64,000 nt of DNA, taken from contig JAUCBJ010000527.1 of NCBI GenBank assembly GCA_032718475.1, positions 1 through 64,000 on the forward strand, in the 5' to 3' direction. Below the pieces are notes generated by a model. That model did not search any database. It saw nothing but the letters and a program-made list of their open reading frames with translations, and was not told the DNA's origin. The position numbers and the translations under genes are program-made. This stretch comes from Nemertoderma westbladi. Lineage: Eukaryota > Animalia > Xenacoelomorpha. Shown here in pieces: positions 9,761 to 21,611 of this stretch. Positions within the stretch are counted from its first letter, which is position 1; each line of letters opens with the position of its first letter.

Positions 9761-12700
9761 TTAAGGTGCCCCTTCTAGAAGACAGCATTTACCTACTGCT
9801 CTCCTGTAGGTTTTTCTGTCTTTCGCACCTATCTTTCCACCTATCCGCACTTCTACCGATCGGACTCTTCCGTCCTCGTCGGAGTAGGTGCCTACAACTC
9901 TCGCCAACCGCCATTGGTTGTTGATGATAGTATCATCCGTGACGATTACGAGATCTCCCTCTCTCAACTCCCTGTTTGGCTTCCTCCACTTGCTTCGCTT
10001 ATGGAGCGTGGGTAGGTATTCTTCTACCCACCTCCTCCAATACTCTGCGCTAATTGCTTTAGCTACTTTCCAACTTTGGCGGGAGTGTATATCATCTGGG
10101 TCTACACCCCGCATATCTATGGTCGCTGGCCTTTCCATCAGGAAATGGCTAGGCGTCAACACGTCTAATGACTCAGGGTCATCATTCTCCGGGTATAGCG
10201 GTCTGCTATTAATGATCCCCTCGCACTTCGCAAGTACTGTCCGTAAGACGTCTTCAGTGACCATGTGGGTGTTCATCAGCTTCGTCATTAGACGTTTTGA
10301 ACTGCCCACAAGTCTCTCGACGCATCCTAATGTATGTGGTGCATACGGCGTCCTTCTCTCCCACTTCACTTGTCGTCTCCTCATGGCCGCCCTGACTTCT
10401 TCTCCCTCCAAGATGTCTAAGGCCTCTGCCATCTCACTCTCTGCGCCCACAAAGTTGGTGCCGTTGTCGCTGTATATCACCGCGATCGTCCCACCTTTGC
10501 GGTCCCTAAACCTTTCTAAGGCGTTAATGAATGCTGATGCGGTTGCATCTTGGGCGAGTTCTATCCCTACCGCCCGCGTATTGTTGCATACGAAGATAAT
10601 ACCGTAGCGTTTCTCCGTGTGTCGCATCACCTTGATCTTTATCGGCCCGAACATGTCCACACCGCAATGCGTAAATGGCGGGTCGTGCTGTCTTACCCTA
10701 CTCGCCGGTAGTGGCGCCATCTCCTGTACGGCTCGCTCCTTCTTCGCTCGTCGGCAGGTCTGACACTGTCCCACTACCGCTTTCACCTTCTTCCTTAATT
10801 GTTTGACCCAATAGGTCCTTCTTATCTCTGTGAGGGTTCGGTTGGTGCCCCCATGCAGTATCGATTTGTGGGAGTCCCATATGATCTGGTGGACTATAGG
10901 CGATCCTGTGGGAATGATGATGGGTTTCGGTGGCACGACTATACTGTTGTTATATCCCACCCTAGAATTCATTACTAGAATCCCATCCTCGTTGAGTTGT
11001 GGCGACAGCGTGATCAACTCGCTATCCCGTCGGAGGTGCTGTTGGTTACCGAGGCGTTCCACCTCGTCGCCGTAGTTCTTGCGTTGTTCATAGCGGATCA
11101 CTGCCTTGGCCGCTCCTTCCAGATCTATGGTTATCCTGGTCTTCTTGTCCTTGCCGACTCCCGCAAGGAAATTCCCAAAGGCTCTCCAGTACGCCACTAG
11201 TTTCTTGGTCTTATACCAACTGGAACTGTAGCTGAGGAGTCTATCCGTCGGGTTGTCGCACAGTTCCCTTCCTGGTTGCACGTCCCTAATCTCCCTCACC
11301 ATCTGGGAGTATATCTCTTCTCCCTCCGAATCTCCCTCTTCTCCTTCTGATACTACTTCTGAGCCCGGGTCCACCTTCCTCATCGGCGGCCAGGCCTCTC
11401 TATCGCTCAGAAATTGTGGCCCATGTTGCCACAATACTTCCTTCTTCAGGAAAGTGTGGCGTTCCACGCCCCTCGACAGCAAGTCCGCTGGGTTCTCATC
11501 TGTTGGGCAGTAGTGCCACCTTTCCAGTTCTGTGCTCGCCCTTATTTCGTCCACTCTATTCGCGACGAATATCGGGTATCTCGTCTTTTCGTTGTGTAGC
11601 CAACCAAGCACTACCATGGAGTCCGTCCAGTAGTGTGTCTCCACTATGTTGGGAATTGTATCCACTAGGTAGGCTGTGGCTCTAACTCCTAGTCTCGCTG
11701 CTGTCAATTCTAACTTGGGAACAGATGCTGAATCTGGCGGCGTTGACTTAGCTTTGCTAAAGGCTAGTCTGGGCTTGTGAGGCCCCTCTCGTTGTACTAA
11801 ATAGAGTGCCGCTCCGTATGCCTCTAACGACGCGTCGGAGAACATATGTAGGTCCAGATTCGTCATGTTCCCGTCCGGGAAATACACTCGCGGCATGTTG
11901 TATGTTCCCATCCTCTCCAAGTCTCCTATCCATTTGCTCCACTGTTTCCTGATGTCTTCTGGTACCTCTACGTCCCACTCATCCTTCAACTTATATACTC
12001 TCTTGAGTATCTGTTTCCCCGTGACTAGTAATGGGGATGCTAGGCCTAAGGGATCGTATATTCTTGCTATATATGATACGTAACCCCTCTTCGAATGGGT
12101 GTCTGCGCCCTCCTGGCTCAGCTGATACTTCAGTTCGTCTGTTTTTCTATCCCACACGATTCCCAACGCCTTCTGCTGGGATTCCGTTCTCTTAATCGCC
12201 ATGTCCTGTCCTTTGGCTGTTGTAGGGTTGTCCATGGTCGATTCTGGTTTCTTGTCTTCTATTTCCCTGATAAATTCTTCTGAACTGGATTGGAATTTGG
12301 TCAGGTTGAAGCCGGATCCTTTCAGGATGTCGCGAACCTCGCGCCCTGTTTCCAGTATCTCCTCAACCGTATTTCCAGACTCCATACCGTCGTCTACGTA
12401 GAAGCCGCGTCTGATCATATCGACGGCCCTACTGCTATATCTATCTTCCTTCCCTTTTACCGTGTCTCTCACTGCCATAGTCGTCGTAAATGAGGACGAC
12501 TTGGCCCCCATGTTTTGTACTACCATCTTATATGCCGGTATTATAGGCGGTTCTTCCTCGCCGTTATACCATAAGAAGCGTTGACTATCGCTATCTTCCT
12601 CTGTTACTCGGACTTGGTTGAACATGCCTTCTATGTCACAGGTGAAGGCGTGTTTCCCATTCCGAAACCTAAGTAACACTTCTATGCCCGAATTGTAAAT

Positions 12701-14971
12701 ATTTGGGCCTTCCAACAGGTAATCGTTTAAGCATTTTCCGTCGGTCTTTGCCGATGCATCGACTACCATCCTCAGTTTACCTTTCTTTGGGTCTAATGCT
12801 ACGTGGAGTGGCAGGTAGTATGTCCTGTCAGTGTTCGGTTCGTCGACCGGTAACTCCACGGCCCATCCCTTCTTGACGTACTTCTTGATCGTTTTGTGAA
12901 TGTACTCGTTCTTCTCGGGGCTCCGTTGTAGTGTTTGTTTCAGCTTTCGGAGTCTCGTGAGTACCATCCCTCTGTTATCGGGTAGCGGTATCTTCGGTAG
13001 TTTCCATACCATTCCTATTGTATACCGCCCCTCATCACACCTCATCGATTCCTCCACGCTCTGTAGAGCCTGTTTGTCTTCTACCGAGGTCCCGACCCCG
13101 GTCTCTTTCAGTCCCTCAAAGTCTTGCCTGAGCAGTCTTTTAAGCTGCTCCTCTGCTCCCTCATCACCCATTTCCTGCATTGTTCCCGCGAACATGCATC
13201 CTGATGTCTCCGACATCCTGAATGGTATCTTGCTCTTAATTGGACCACTCAGCGTCCACCCGAATGGCGTTAATATGGCCACCGGGTCGCTCTGCTTGTC
13301 TTCGCCGAAGACCGTTTGCATTCTCTCGTGGGCTGTTGGGCAGTCCATGCCTACTATGATGGATACCTTCCTAACGTCCACGTCTGGGATTGAGAAGTCA
13401 ATGTTGTCCAGGAATTTGTATTGCTCGACCTCGATGTTGGTTGGCCGCCTGGCATTGATGTTAATTGACTCTATTACTTGGATGGGGTCGATGGTTGCCC
13501 CATAATCGCATCCTGGTGCCACTGCTGCAATTGCGCACCGTCCTGTCCTCATCTCTAGGACCTCGTCCTTGCTAGAGATGGTTGTCACCGCCATCCTGCT
13601 TGGCCTCGTTCTCAACCCAATTTCTTCGGCTATCCATTCCTCAACTAGTGTGAAGGCAGCTCCACTATCAACCAGCATTAGTGTTGTTACTGATCGATTG
13701 CCTTCCCCGATCACTCGTACTGGTACTACTCCAAGTAGCACTGTTCCTCTCTTCTTCGCCCCTACTGTGCTCGTTGCCATCGTCTGGCCTCTCCTTTGGC
13801 CAAACATGACCGGCTTCTCTTGGCATTCCCTGGCCTTGTGTCCACTCTTTACACATCGCGAGCAGATTTTATTGCTCGACGCGTAATCTATCTGGTCTTG
13901 CCTCGGTAGCGCCTGCCAGTACCTGCAGTTCATGGTTTTATGAAGCGCATTTGCGTGTAACTGGCATTTGCTCTTTGGGTCGTAGCCCTCTTTATACAAT
14001 GCGTTGCGTATCGCAGTTATGTTTGTACCAAAGTCCCTACTATTCTTATTGACTGGGTTTGATCTACTGGACGTACTGGGGTTATGTTTATTCATGTTGT
14101 TATTGTTCCCCTGTCCGTCCCTTGATGTTGTCTTATCTTCGCCTGTCTGTGGACTTGCAGTCCCCTGCGTCGCTGCATATGGCAATGATTGCCTGAGTCT
14201 CGGTAACGCGTTCGATGTATTGTGCTCTGGTTTGGGCCTGTAATGATCTGTCTTTGGTCCCTTTCCCAGGCTATCTTCACTATAGACTGGGTCCGTTATT
14301 AGTTCAGCCTCGTAATTTAAGAAGTTTGACATTTCTTCTAAACCTGGTTCCGCACCCTTCTTGTCTCGGGTGGAGAAAGCGACCTTCCTCCATTTGTTGC
14401 GCAGCCAGCTCGGTAGTGCCTGCGCTATCGTGGTGATGTTATTGGACGCGTTGAGTTCGTATGGCGCGTCTAGCGTCTTCAGCACGATCAGCGCCTTCTC
14501 GACTTTGTTAGCAAACGTCTTAATGCTAACGGGATTATCCTGTAGGCCACCCGATGTTATGCCTCTCAGCGTCTGCCTGATGATCTTGGCCGGGTGCCCG
14601 TATTCCCTATCCAGTGCCCGCCATGCTGTCGTGAAGCCGCCCTCTATTCCCTGGTATTGCCTCACGATATCGTATGCTGGGCCTCCCGTGTACACTTGTA
14701 GATACTTTAGGCACTCCGCCTGCGTCAAGTTTTTTGTTAGTATTTCGTTACTATACATTCGCCGAAACTGTAAGTATTCTTCCGGCCTGCTCCCATCGAA
14801 TTTGAACGGTTCCACGGGTGGTAATTCGATCCTCGTTTTCAACGCATCGATCAACGTGGCCATCCCCATTGCCTGCGCTTCTAATGGATTCGACGGGTGC
14901 TGTATAGTTTCCCTTGTCTGGTGCGGTTCGTCCGTCCTATTTCTTGATCTTCTCTGACTCGGATATGTCAT
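9761..14971 (-). CDS. BEL/Pao Gag-Pol polyprotein (Gag, Zn knuckles, aspartic protease, RT, RNase H, integrase)
   Basis: FDGSRPEEY Gag; CSRCVKSGHKAREC; LVDSGA; YYLPLH, DIEGMFNQV, FYVDDG; YDPLG; FSDAS, PKLEL, WTDS, NPADLLSR; H..HGG..CQTC, GVDMFGP, SDNGTNF, VERLV; LTPSHFL and W-RW-EYLPTL C-terminus. Confidence 0.97.
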   Translation of the reverse strand: MTYPSQRRSRNRTDEPHQTRETIQHPSNPLEAQAMGMATLIDALKTRIELPPVEPFKFDGSRPEEYLQFRRMYSNEILTKNLTQAECLKYLQVYTGGPAYDIVRQYQGIEGGFTTAWRALDREYGHPAKIIRQTLRGITSGGLQDNPVSIKTFANKVEKALIVLKTLDAPYELNASNNITTIAQALPSWLRNKWRKVAFSTRDKKGAEPGLEEMSNFLNYEAELITDPVYSEDSLGKGPKTDHYRPKPEHNTSNALPRLRQSLPYAATQGTASPQTGEDKTTSRDGQGNNNNMNKHNPSTSSRSNPVNKNSRDFGTNITAIRNALYKEGYDPKSKCQLHANALHKTMNCRYWQALPRQDQIDYASSNKICSRCVKSGHKARECQEKPVMFGQRRGQTMATSTVGAKKRGTVLLGVVPVRVIGEGNRSVTTLMLVDSGAAFTLVEEWIAEEIGLRTRPSRMAVTTISSKDEVLEMRTGRCAIAAVAPGCDYGATIDPIQVIESININARRPTNIEVEQYKFLDNIDFSIPDVDVRKVSIIVGMDCPTAHERMQTVFGEDKQSDPVAILTPFGWTLSGPIKSKIPFRMSETSGCMFAGTMQEMGDEGAEEQLKRLLRQDFEGLKETGVGTSVEDKQALQSVEESMRCDEGRYTIGMVWKLPKIPLPDNRGMVLTRLRKLKQTLQRSPEKNEYIHKTIKKYVKKGWAVELPVDEPNTDRTYYLPLHVALDPKKGKLRMVVDASAKTDGKCLNDYLLEGPNIYNSGIEVLLRFRNGKHAFTCDIEGMFNQVRVTEEDSDSQRFLWYNGEEEPPIIPAYKMVVQNMGAKSSSFTTTMAVRDTVKGKEDRYSSRAVDMIRRGFYVDDGMESGNTVEEILETGREVRDILKGSGFNLTKFQSSSEEFIREIEDKKPESTMDNPTTAKGQDMAIKRTESQQKALGIVWDRKTDELKYQLSQEGADTHSKRGYVSYIARIYDPLGLASPLLVTGKQILKRVYKLKDEWDVEVPEDIRKQWSKWIGDLERMGTYNMPRVYFPDGNMTNLDLHMFSDASLEAYGAALYLVQREGPHKPRLAFSKAKSTPPDSASVPKLELTAARLGVRATAYLVDTIPNIVETHYWTDSMVVLGWLHNEKTRYPIFVANRVDEIRASTELERWHYCPTDENPADLLSRGVERHTFLKKEVLWQHGPQFLSDREAWPPMRKVDPGSEVVSEGEEGDSEGEEIYSQMVREIRDVQPGRELCDNPTDRLLSYSSSWYKTKKLVAYWRAFGNFLAGVGKDKKTRITIDLEGAAKAVIRYEQRKNYGDEVERLGNQQHLRRDSELITLSPQLNEDGILVMNSRVGYNNSIVVPPKPIIIPTGSPIVHQIIWDSHKSILHGGTNRTLTEIRRTYWVKQLRKKVKAVVGQCQTCRRAKKERAVQEMAPLPASRVRQHDPPFTHCGVDMFGPIKIKVMRHTEKRYGIIFVCNNTRAVGIELAQDATASAFINALERFRDRKGGTIAVIYSDNGTNFVGAESEMAEALDILEGEEVRAAMRRRQVKWERRTPYAPHTLGCVERLVGSSKRLMTKLMNTHMVTEDVLRTVLAKCEGIINSRPLYPENDDPESLDVLTPSHFLMERPATIDMRGVDPDDIHSRQSWKVAKAISAEYWRRWVEEYLPTLHKRSKWRKPNRELREGDLVIVTDDTIINNQWRLARVVGTYSDEDGRVRSVEVRIGGKIGAKDRKTYRRAVGKCCLLEGAP

Positions 14972-17900
14972 CGGGGGTAGCGGCCCCCTCCATATGTCTG
15001 TATCACACGACCTGTTTTCATCTAGGGGTCTCGTTGTTCTTGTTCCTGTCGGGGTATATTGTTGATATCGTGATGGGGGAATGTCACCCTGTCCCCCCCC
15101 CCACCGGTATGTCTGGTACCGGGGTTGATGTTAGTATGTTGGGGCCCATACACCTATCCGCAATAATTCCCCCCTCCCCTGGGTATATGTTATGTCCCTG
15201 CATGCTGTAGTCATACTGCTGTGCTGGTACCGGTATAGGCCTATCAGCTTCTGGCCTACTCGCCGGTATGTATTCCGCGACTTCCGGGTTTAATCCCGTT
15301 GTCCGCGCTATCCTATCGCCTACATTGCCTCTCTCAGTATGGCCTACGGTATGTGCAGTAAGACCTACAGTATGCCCTACAGTCTGCATGTGTTGCTCGG
15401 GATCGAAGTTTATTCTTCTCGAATAATCCTCCCCGCGGCTACCGTATTATCGATCGGTAGGTATATTCCGTCGGAAAGTTTCTCTTCGACCCCCCTCTCT
15501 ACTGTTCTCTTCTTCGTACCGGTACATCGCGTACCCCTCCCTCGGCGTGTAATGCATCTCATCGGATCGCATCCCTCCGGGGCGACGGCAATCTCCCGGA
15601 GTCCGACCCCACTGACTCTCCGTTCTCATCTCGACTACCGACGGCTCGCTGTCCGTCCTCGCTCTTCTATCGTTTGCGGCGATACTTCTACTACTCTCTT
15701 CCTCCCTTCTCCTATCAGTGGAATATTCCCGCTCACGAGATCTCTCGTCGACCTCCCGGTTAAACCCCACTGTTCTTCTTTCCTCCTCTGATCGGGCTCG
15801 ACGCTCCGTCTGCCCTCTCGCGACGTCAATCTGTCTTTCTCTGCTCGATCGCACGCCGCTGGGGATACTCGCAATCCCCTATTACTTTCCGTCGCCGGTT
15901 GTTGCGGTTTACCTTGTTCGGCCCTCGCATTATCCGCTGACGGCTGTGGGACACTCTCTGCCCCCCCCCCTCTCGCCGCTAACTCTCTGTTGTGGGGCCC
16001 TCGTAGCCCCCCCCCCCCCCACTCGCTACATCTAACTTCGCTACCTCTCTCCCCGCTATTATATGTCTCTCTAGTCGACACATCAACCCTACCACAGTCG
16101 GGTCTATTCACCCCCGCCTCTCCCTCTGCTATTGCGTGGCCTTCCAGGCCCTCTACTCCCTGCCTACCAACTACGCGGCCTACCAGGCCCTCTGCCCCCT
16201 GTCTACTAACTACGTGGCCTACCAGGCCCTCTGCTCCCTGTCTACTAACTACGTGGCCTACCAGGCCCTCTGCTCCCTGGTTACGTAGGCCCGACGTGTC
16301 TACACTAATAACACCCATATTGGAAACGGAATTAATTTGCTCGCCCAAAACAAAATCGTTTGTATTACTCTGGGCGGCCACGTTATCCGAATTATTTTGT
16401 AAATTCGGATTTAGGTCATTATTTAAATTATTCGAATTATTTTGCGTGATCGCGTTATTTAAATTATTTTGTAGGTTCGAATTTGGATTATTATTTTGAT
16501 TATTTGAATTATTTTGCGTAACTACATCAATATTAGAATTATCTCCTACATTAACACTAGGATTGTTCTGATTTAAATTTAAATTACTACCACTAGGTAA
16601 AGTATTTCCTGCAATAAAGGTTTGATTAGTGTTGTCCCATACGGTATTATCAATATTAACAACGCCTACTGTACCATCATTACTATTACCCCCCCCGCCC
16701 GTACGGTCACACCAGTTTTGGGTCTGTCGTGCGGTCCCTGTCAGTGGGGCATTAATAAATGTATCTACGGCCCTCGGCTCCTCAAAAATACTCGAGCCGG
16801 CCCCGCTTTCAGACACTCCTGCCCGCGCCCGTTCCAAATCGCGCGCGTGTACAGCTGTATACCCTAGGAGTTTCTCTCGCTGTTTCTCTAACTCTATTCG
16901 GCCACTCTCCACTCTTGTTACTTTCTCGCTAGACTCCCGTTCTCTCTGCTCGACCAATTCCATCTCTCTCACAATCCCCTCTCTTCTTCTCGCCTTACGC
17001 TCTTTGCGTTCACTTTCCTCTCTCGCCTCACGCTCCCTGCGTTCACTTTCCTCTCTCGCCTCACGCTCCCTGCGTTCACTTTCCTCTCTCGCCTCACGCT
17101 CCCTGCGTTCCGCCTCGCGTTTCTCGCGTTCCGCTTCGCGTTCCCTCTCTTCCCTCAACTCTATCTCGTCATACTCCCTAAGGTTCCTCGCGGCCCTTTC
17201 GCCCCTTTCCCTTAACTCTTTAATCGACACCGCTTCCCTCTCTAGCATCACTCTCCCCTCCTCTAGCCGTCTACCTACTTCTCTATTAGCTTCCACCGCT
17301 AGATTGAGACGGTGTCTGGCCTCTATCTCTCTCACCCGTCTTTCTTTTACGGAGGATGTAACAGACTTATCGGTTGTAACGGATTCCCTCCGCCTTCCCG
17401 ACCCACTGGCTCTCCCCCGCTTCCCGGAACTTTCTCCGACCGACGAGGCCGAATCCTCGGAGTTAACCTCGGATTCGCCCCCTTCGAGTCCCCTCCAACC
17501 CACCGGTTTTATTCCCCGGGCATCGACTGAGTATGGCCCTATGTACACTGGCCCTACACTAGGTTCCATACCCCCACACTCCCATAGTTCCAATAGTTCC
17601 ACGGCAATCTCATGTGCCCTCGTTTCGGCTAGCTCTCTCTGCTCAAAGTGTATTAGATAACTAAAGTGTTTATCCGACTCACCTAGTCGCTTCCTCAGTC
17701 TCACCTCGTCTACCTTCGCCCCTTTCTTCTTGGCATCGTTTAGTATCCTCCGGGTTGCGATGTAAGCGCGTCGGAGTCGCTCAGAAACCCCGACGTCCTC
17801 GTCGCCGACTTCTCCCCTCTCCCTCCGGGTTCGACGTCGTACCGGCGGCTCCACCGTCGCCGTTCCGGTGGGCCGTCCGTCGCCCTCGGCCTGTAGCTGG

Positions 17901-18247
17901 CCGGCGACATCGGTACCGATCTTTCCTCCGTCTCTTCACGTTCGGCGTCGCACCGTCGGCCCCACCGTCGCCGTTTCGGTGGGCCGCTCGTCGCCCTCGG
18001 CCGGTAGCTGGCCGGCGACATCGGCGCGCCGTTCTCCTTCCCGTGTCGACTCCGCTCTTTCTCCCTCCTTCTCGCTCTCCCTTTCTCTTGGCTCGGCTTC
18101 GAGCTCCAGGCCCCCCTCATCCTCGGCTTCCGGTCCGCCCACTATCGATGGCTCCGGCGTCGCGGGCCTGTATCGTTTGGTCGCGGCCTCGCGGATCGTT
18201 AGGTCTTCGTCCGGGGTCCGCGGTGGTGTCTCGCCCGAATCGCTCAT
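14972..18247 (-). pseudogene. Disrupted ~1100-codon N-terminal extension of Gag (E/R coiled-coil repeats, Asn-rich tract, 14-aa repeats)
   Basis: 17936-18247 and 15635-17854 are one frame split by TGA; 15447-15854 and 15084-15389 are one frame split by TAA; frame changes fall at poly-C tracts (~15961-16020, 15093-15102); the pol frame is open from that last tract to 14971. Confidence 0.75.
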
Positions 18248-18352
18248 CTCTCTTCTGCAGATTTCGGTGGCTAGTGTTTATAGAGTTTGTCTAGGGCGGC
18301 AGCTGGCTTTAGTTACTGAGTTTAGCTGGGGAAGCAGCACCGATTTAGTTAC

Positions 18353-18889
18353 TGTGACGGGATCCAAGAGGGATCCCGATTTATCCGGTTGTGGTAATTT
18401 AGTCCACGCGTCCCCGCCGTGTATAAGGATGAAATAAAGTGACTGAGTTCTGAAGTTCGGTGTATAATAGGAGGTTATAAGATATAGATATATAGTGAAT
18501 GTGTACAAGGCGGGATACGGTAACTAAAGTCCCGTGATCCCCTAACTAAACTAATTGGCTGTACCCTACGCTAGCACTGCTGCACTGTGATAACTGAATC
18601 ACTGATTAATAGGTTATTGGTTATATTGCACGGTGGCCTTACTGCTACTCAATCGATGCCATTCCCCCCTCTGATTGGTTAGTACCCTTGTTGGCGCCCC
18701 GTGGAGTATTCCTGTTCACTCCACTGTGTTCTCTGGGTTAGGGGTTTGGCCCCTGACCCTCTATTGTGTGCTTCCTTCCCACTCTTATTGGGATGGCGCG
18801 AGTTGGTTAATTGCCCAATCTCGCGGCTCCCAATATTGCTTATCGGCTTACAACTTTATGGGGTGTTGGCGGGATTGAATAAGCTAACA
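18353..18889 (-). repeat. 5' LTR (537 bp) with candidate TATA (~18625) and TCAGTT initiator (~18597) on the minus strand
   Basis: Direct repeat of 4575-5111; minus strand reads caatataacc...aatcagtgattcagtt. Confidence 0.95.
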
Positions 18890-20069
18890 ATTCTTGATAA
18901 TCCTAGAAAGTTCTCCAAATGCTCCGAAATATGTAGTGTACTGCTATGTTTGTCATGATAACGAAAGATATATTAGAAAAAAATTTAACATTCCTGGAAC
19001 AAAATTTATCACATATTTTAGATCCATCTATTAAAATTTGATTCCAATATCTGAAATTTCAAGATTTGTCTTTTAAAAAATGATATATATTTTTGGCTCT
19101 ATAGGGACATTGGATATACATATAAGCCTGGTTACTACAGTGGCTGCAATTTAAATTTTTGGGTCAATTATTATCTCGATATATACATTTTGGTGAATTA
19201 TATAGATATTTTGCTGAATTATATAGATATTCTTGTATAAATAATGGCATATTGGCTGCCGCTTATTTTCACAACAATGGCTGCATAAATTCTTGAACTA
19301 ATGTATGTGCTGCATTAGGTATTTCTGTTGTGAGAGAACTAAGATATGAATACTGGAGAAGGGGCCTACAGTAGATGGGTTGTGTATCCTTATTGTAAGT
19401 CCTATCTAAGATTATTTATATCTTGATTTTCCTGGTCGGGTTATCATTTCCGATGTTAATTATAATAATGATTGAGGGACTGTCATTATTTCAAACGATA
19501 AACGATAAAGTCAAAAACGATAATAATAACATAGTACAGTACACCAGCGACCTGAAATTTTTGCTTCTTGGGAATTTCCTCATCTATTTTCCGATGTCCG
19601 TTTTAACGTTTTAAAGAATATTGATTGTTTGCCAATGTTGATCGATCTGCCTAACAATCAATAATCTATATAGAGGCACACCTTCGCCCAATGTAAGATT
19701 TTATTATGGGGTGTTTCTTGTAATGGTGATTTAATTTCGATTTTTATTTTTAATCAGTGTTTTTACGGGAACCTTATAAGAATGCTGACAACATATTTAG
19801 ACTCAGCTTAGTATTTTACATCATAATATCCATACTTATATTACCTCCTATATTTGACAATAATTATTGAAGATAAACTTTAACTTTATTGTAAGCCTAT
19901 GAATAGTATGTATCTACAATACTACTGTATCTTGCTGTACCTAGATTTTTAACGAAGTGTCATTTTGCTGCAAATTTATGAGCCATGCTTTATACTATTA
20001 ACATACAAATAGCTGCAATTTTGAATATTCGAGTTGGCCTATTACTGACCATACAATGCCATGTATATA

Positions 20070-20442
20070 ATACAGTCGGCTCACGAAACCTCGTTTGCTT
20101 CGGCGAGTTCTTCCTGGATATACTCAAAACCAATCAGAGGGCCTGAATGCCCTTGTGTGGAACCGCGCTCCAAAACATAGGTTTTTTGGAGTTGAAAGAA
20201 TCGAACTAGCAGCGCTGAGCGCCATTGCATATTACAATATTGGAACGCAGTCACGGTCACTGGTCTTGAAAAAACTGCAATGCAGTGTTTCCCAGCAGGT
20301 CACGGGTTTAGGCCAAATTCGGAAAGACATCATGCGAGTCCGACGTAGCATCGAAAAAGACCAACGAAAAGATTAACACCAATCCAAAATGGCAAAATTA
20401 GCAAAGGAGGCTGATGATTCATATTCTCCTGGATTATATTAA
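20070..20442 (+). pseudogene. Mutator-like transposase C-terminal fragment
   Basis: LLRRVLPGYTQNQSEGLNALVWNRAPK matches the MULE-type TQN.NE..N..IW...PK motif. Confidence 0.7.
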
Positions 20443-20874
20443 GTAAAGTTAATCAATATAGCTATTGATTGATTGATTCTAGTATTGTAATTCCGACATC
20501 AGTATTAGTATTTGGTTGTGTGTTATATACTAAATGTTCACTGAATCACACTTTTTATTTAGTTTTATCTTTCACATTTACTTAAAAATAATAATACTAA
20601 ATATTTTTTCCAATCAATAAAGCCAATAAATTGAACGAATGTATATGATATATCACATTTTCGTCATCATATTCGTAATCAGCATGAAAAATTACCTTAG
20701 AGAACATATTTTTTAGCCTTCACTAGTAGAAAGGTACGATCTTACAAAACATAAGTAAACTTTACATTAACAAAATGAATAACAATTTGTTTCTAAACTT
20801 TAAACCCATTTTTCTTGGAATTATGTTTTTCGAAAGTAACAAATTACTAAATCTAAAATTTACCAACACTTATT

Positions 20875-21540
20875 AACTCTGTAAATCATGACATTATTGA
20901 TATTATTGAATGGCTGGATGATAATAAATTATCACTGAACCTAAAAAAAACTGAATATACCTTGTTCACAAACTCATCCCTGTCCCAGGAGGCTCTGCCA
21001 AAAGAAAGTGAAAATTAAAAATTATGTAATAGAAAAAGTATCACATACAAAGTATTTGGGAGTTTTAATTGACAGTAAACTAAATTTTAAAGAACATATA
21101 TCTTATATACTGAGAAAGGTTTCTAAATCTTCAGGAATATTTTACAGGCTTCGCCACATTTTTCCACCACACATCCTACGAATGCTATTTTTCGCACTTA
21201 TATATCCATATATCCAGTACGCCATTATTGTTTGGGGTAGTACTTCTCCGTCGATACTGAAACCTCTAAGAGTCAAAGTAAACAAAGTACTTAGAGTTAT
21301 CACTTTCAGCCATTGCCAGACCTCATCTCTTCCTATTTATCAACAACTCCATATACTCCCATTAGAACAATTATACAAATATCAGGTGTACAATATAATG
21401 TTTGATATAAATAACAACATTTCATCCCCACTGGCTCCCCTATTTCATAGAGCTTCTTCAATCCATTCTTATAATACTCGCTTTTCCGCATCTGGATTAT
21501 TTCACCCTCCAAATATTCGACTAAGAGTTGCGGAACAATA
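20875..21540 (+). pseudogene. Non-LTR (CR1/L2-group) ORF2 C-terminal fragment
   Basis: WLDDNKLSLNLKKTEY, then after a frameshift TKYLGVLIDSKLNFKEHI, YAIIVWG, HSYNTR. Confidence 0.85.
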
Positions 21541-21611
21541 CATAAAAAAAATACAAAATACATAATACATAATAATACATAATATCTCTAGAATCAAAAC
21601 CTTTTGAGAAC

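Larger units (their letters stand above)
4575..18889 (-). mobile_element. Full-length BEL/Pao LTR retrotransposon (14,315 bp) with an additional ORF
   Basis: Two 537-bp TG...CA direct repeats; 5-bp TSD ATTCT at 4570-4574 and 18890-18894; single gag-pol ORF in BEL order PR-RT-RH-IN; PPT next to the left LTR. Confidence 0.97.

Noticed and set aside
9888-17660. Plus-strand ORFs such as 9888-10607, 12900-13505, 14361-14957 and 16629-17660
   Set aside because: Antisense shadows of the purine-rich gag-pol frame with S/L-rich low-complexity translations
19319-19400. Possible host exon (ag...gtaagt)
   Set aside because: All three frames contain stops and no partner exons were identifiable
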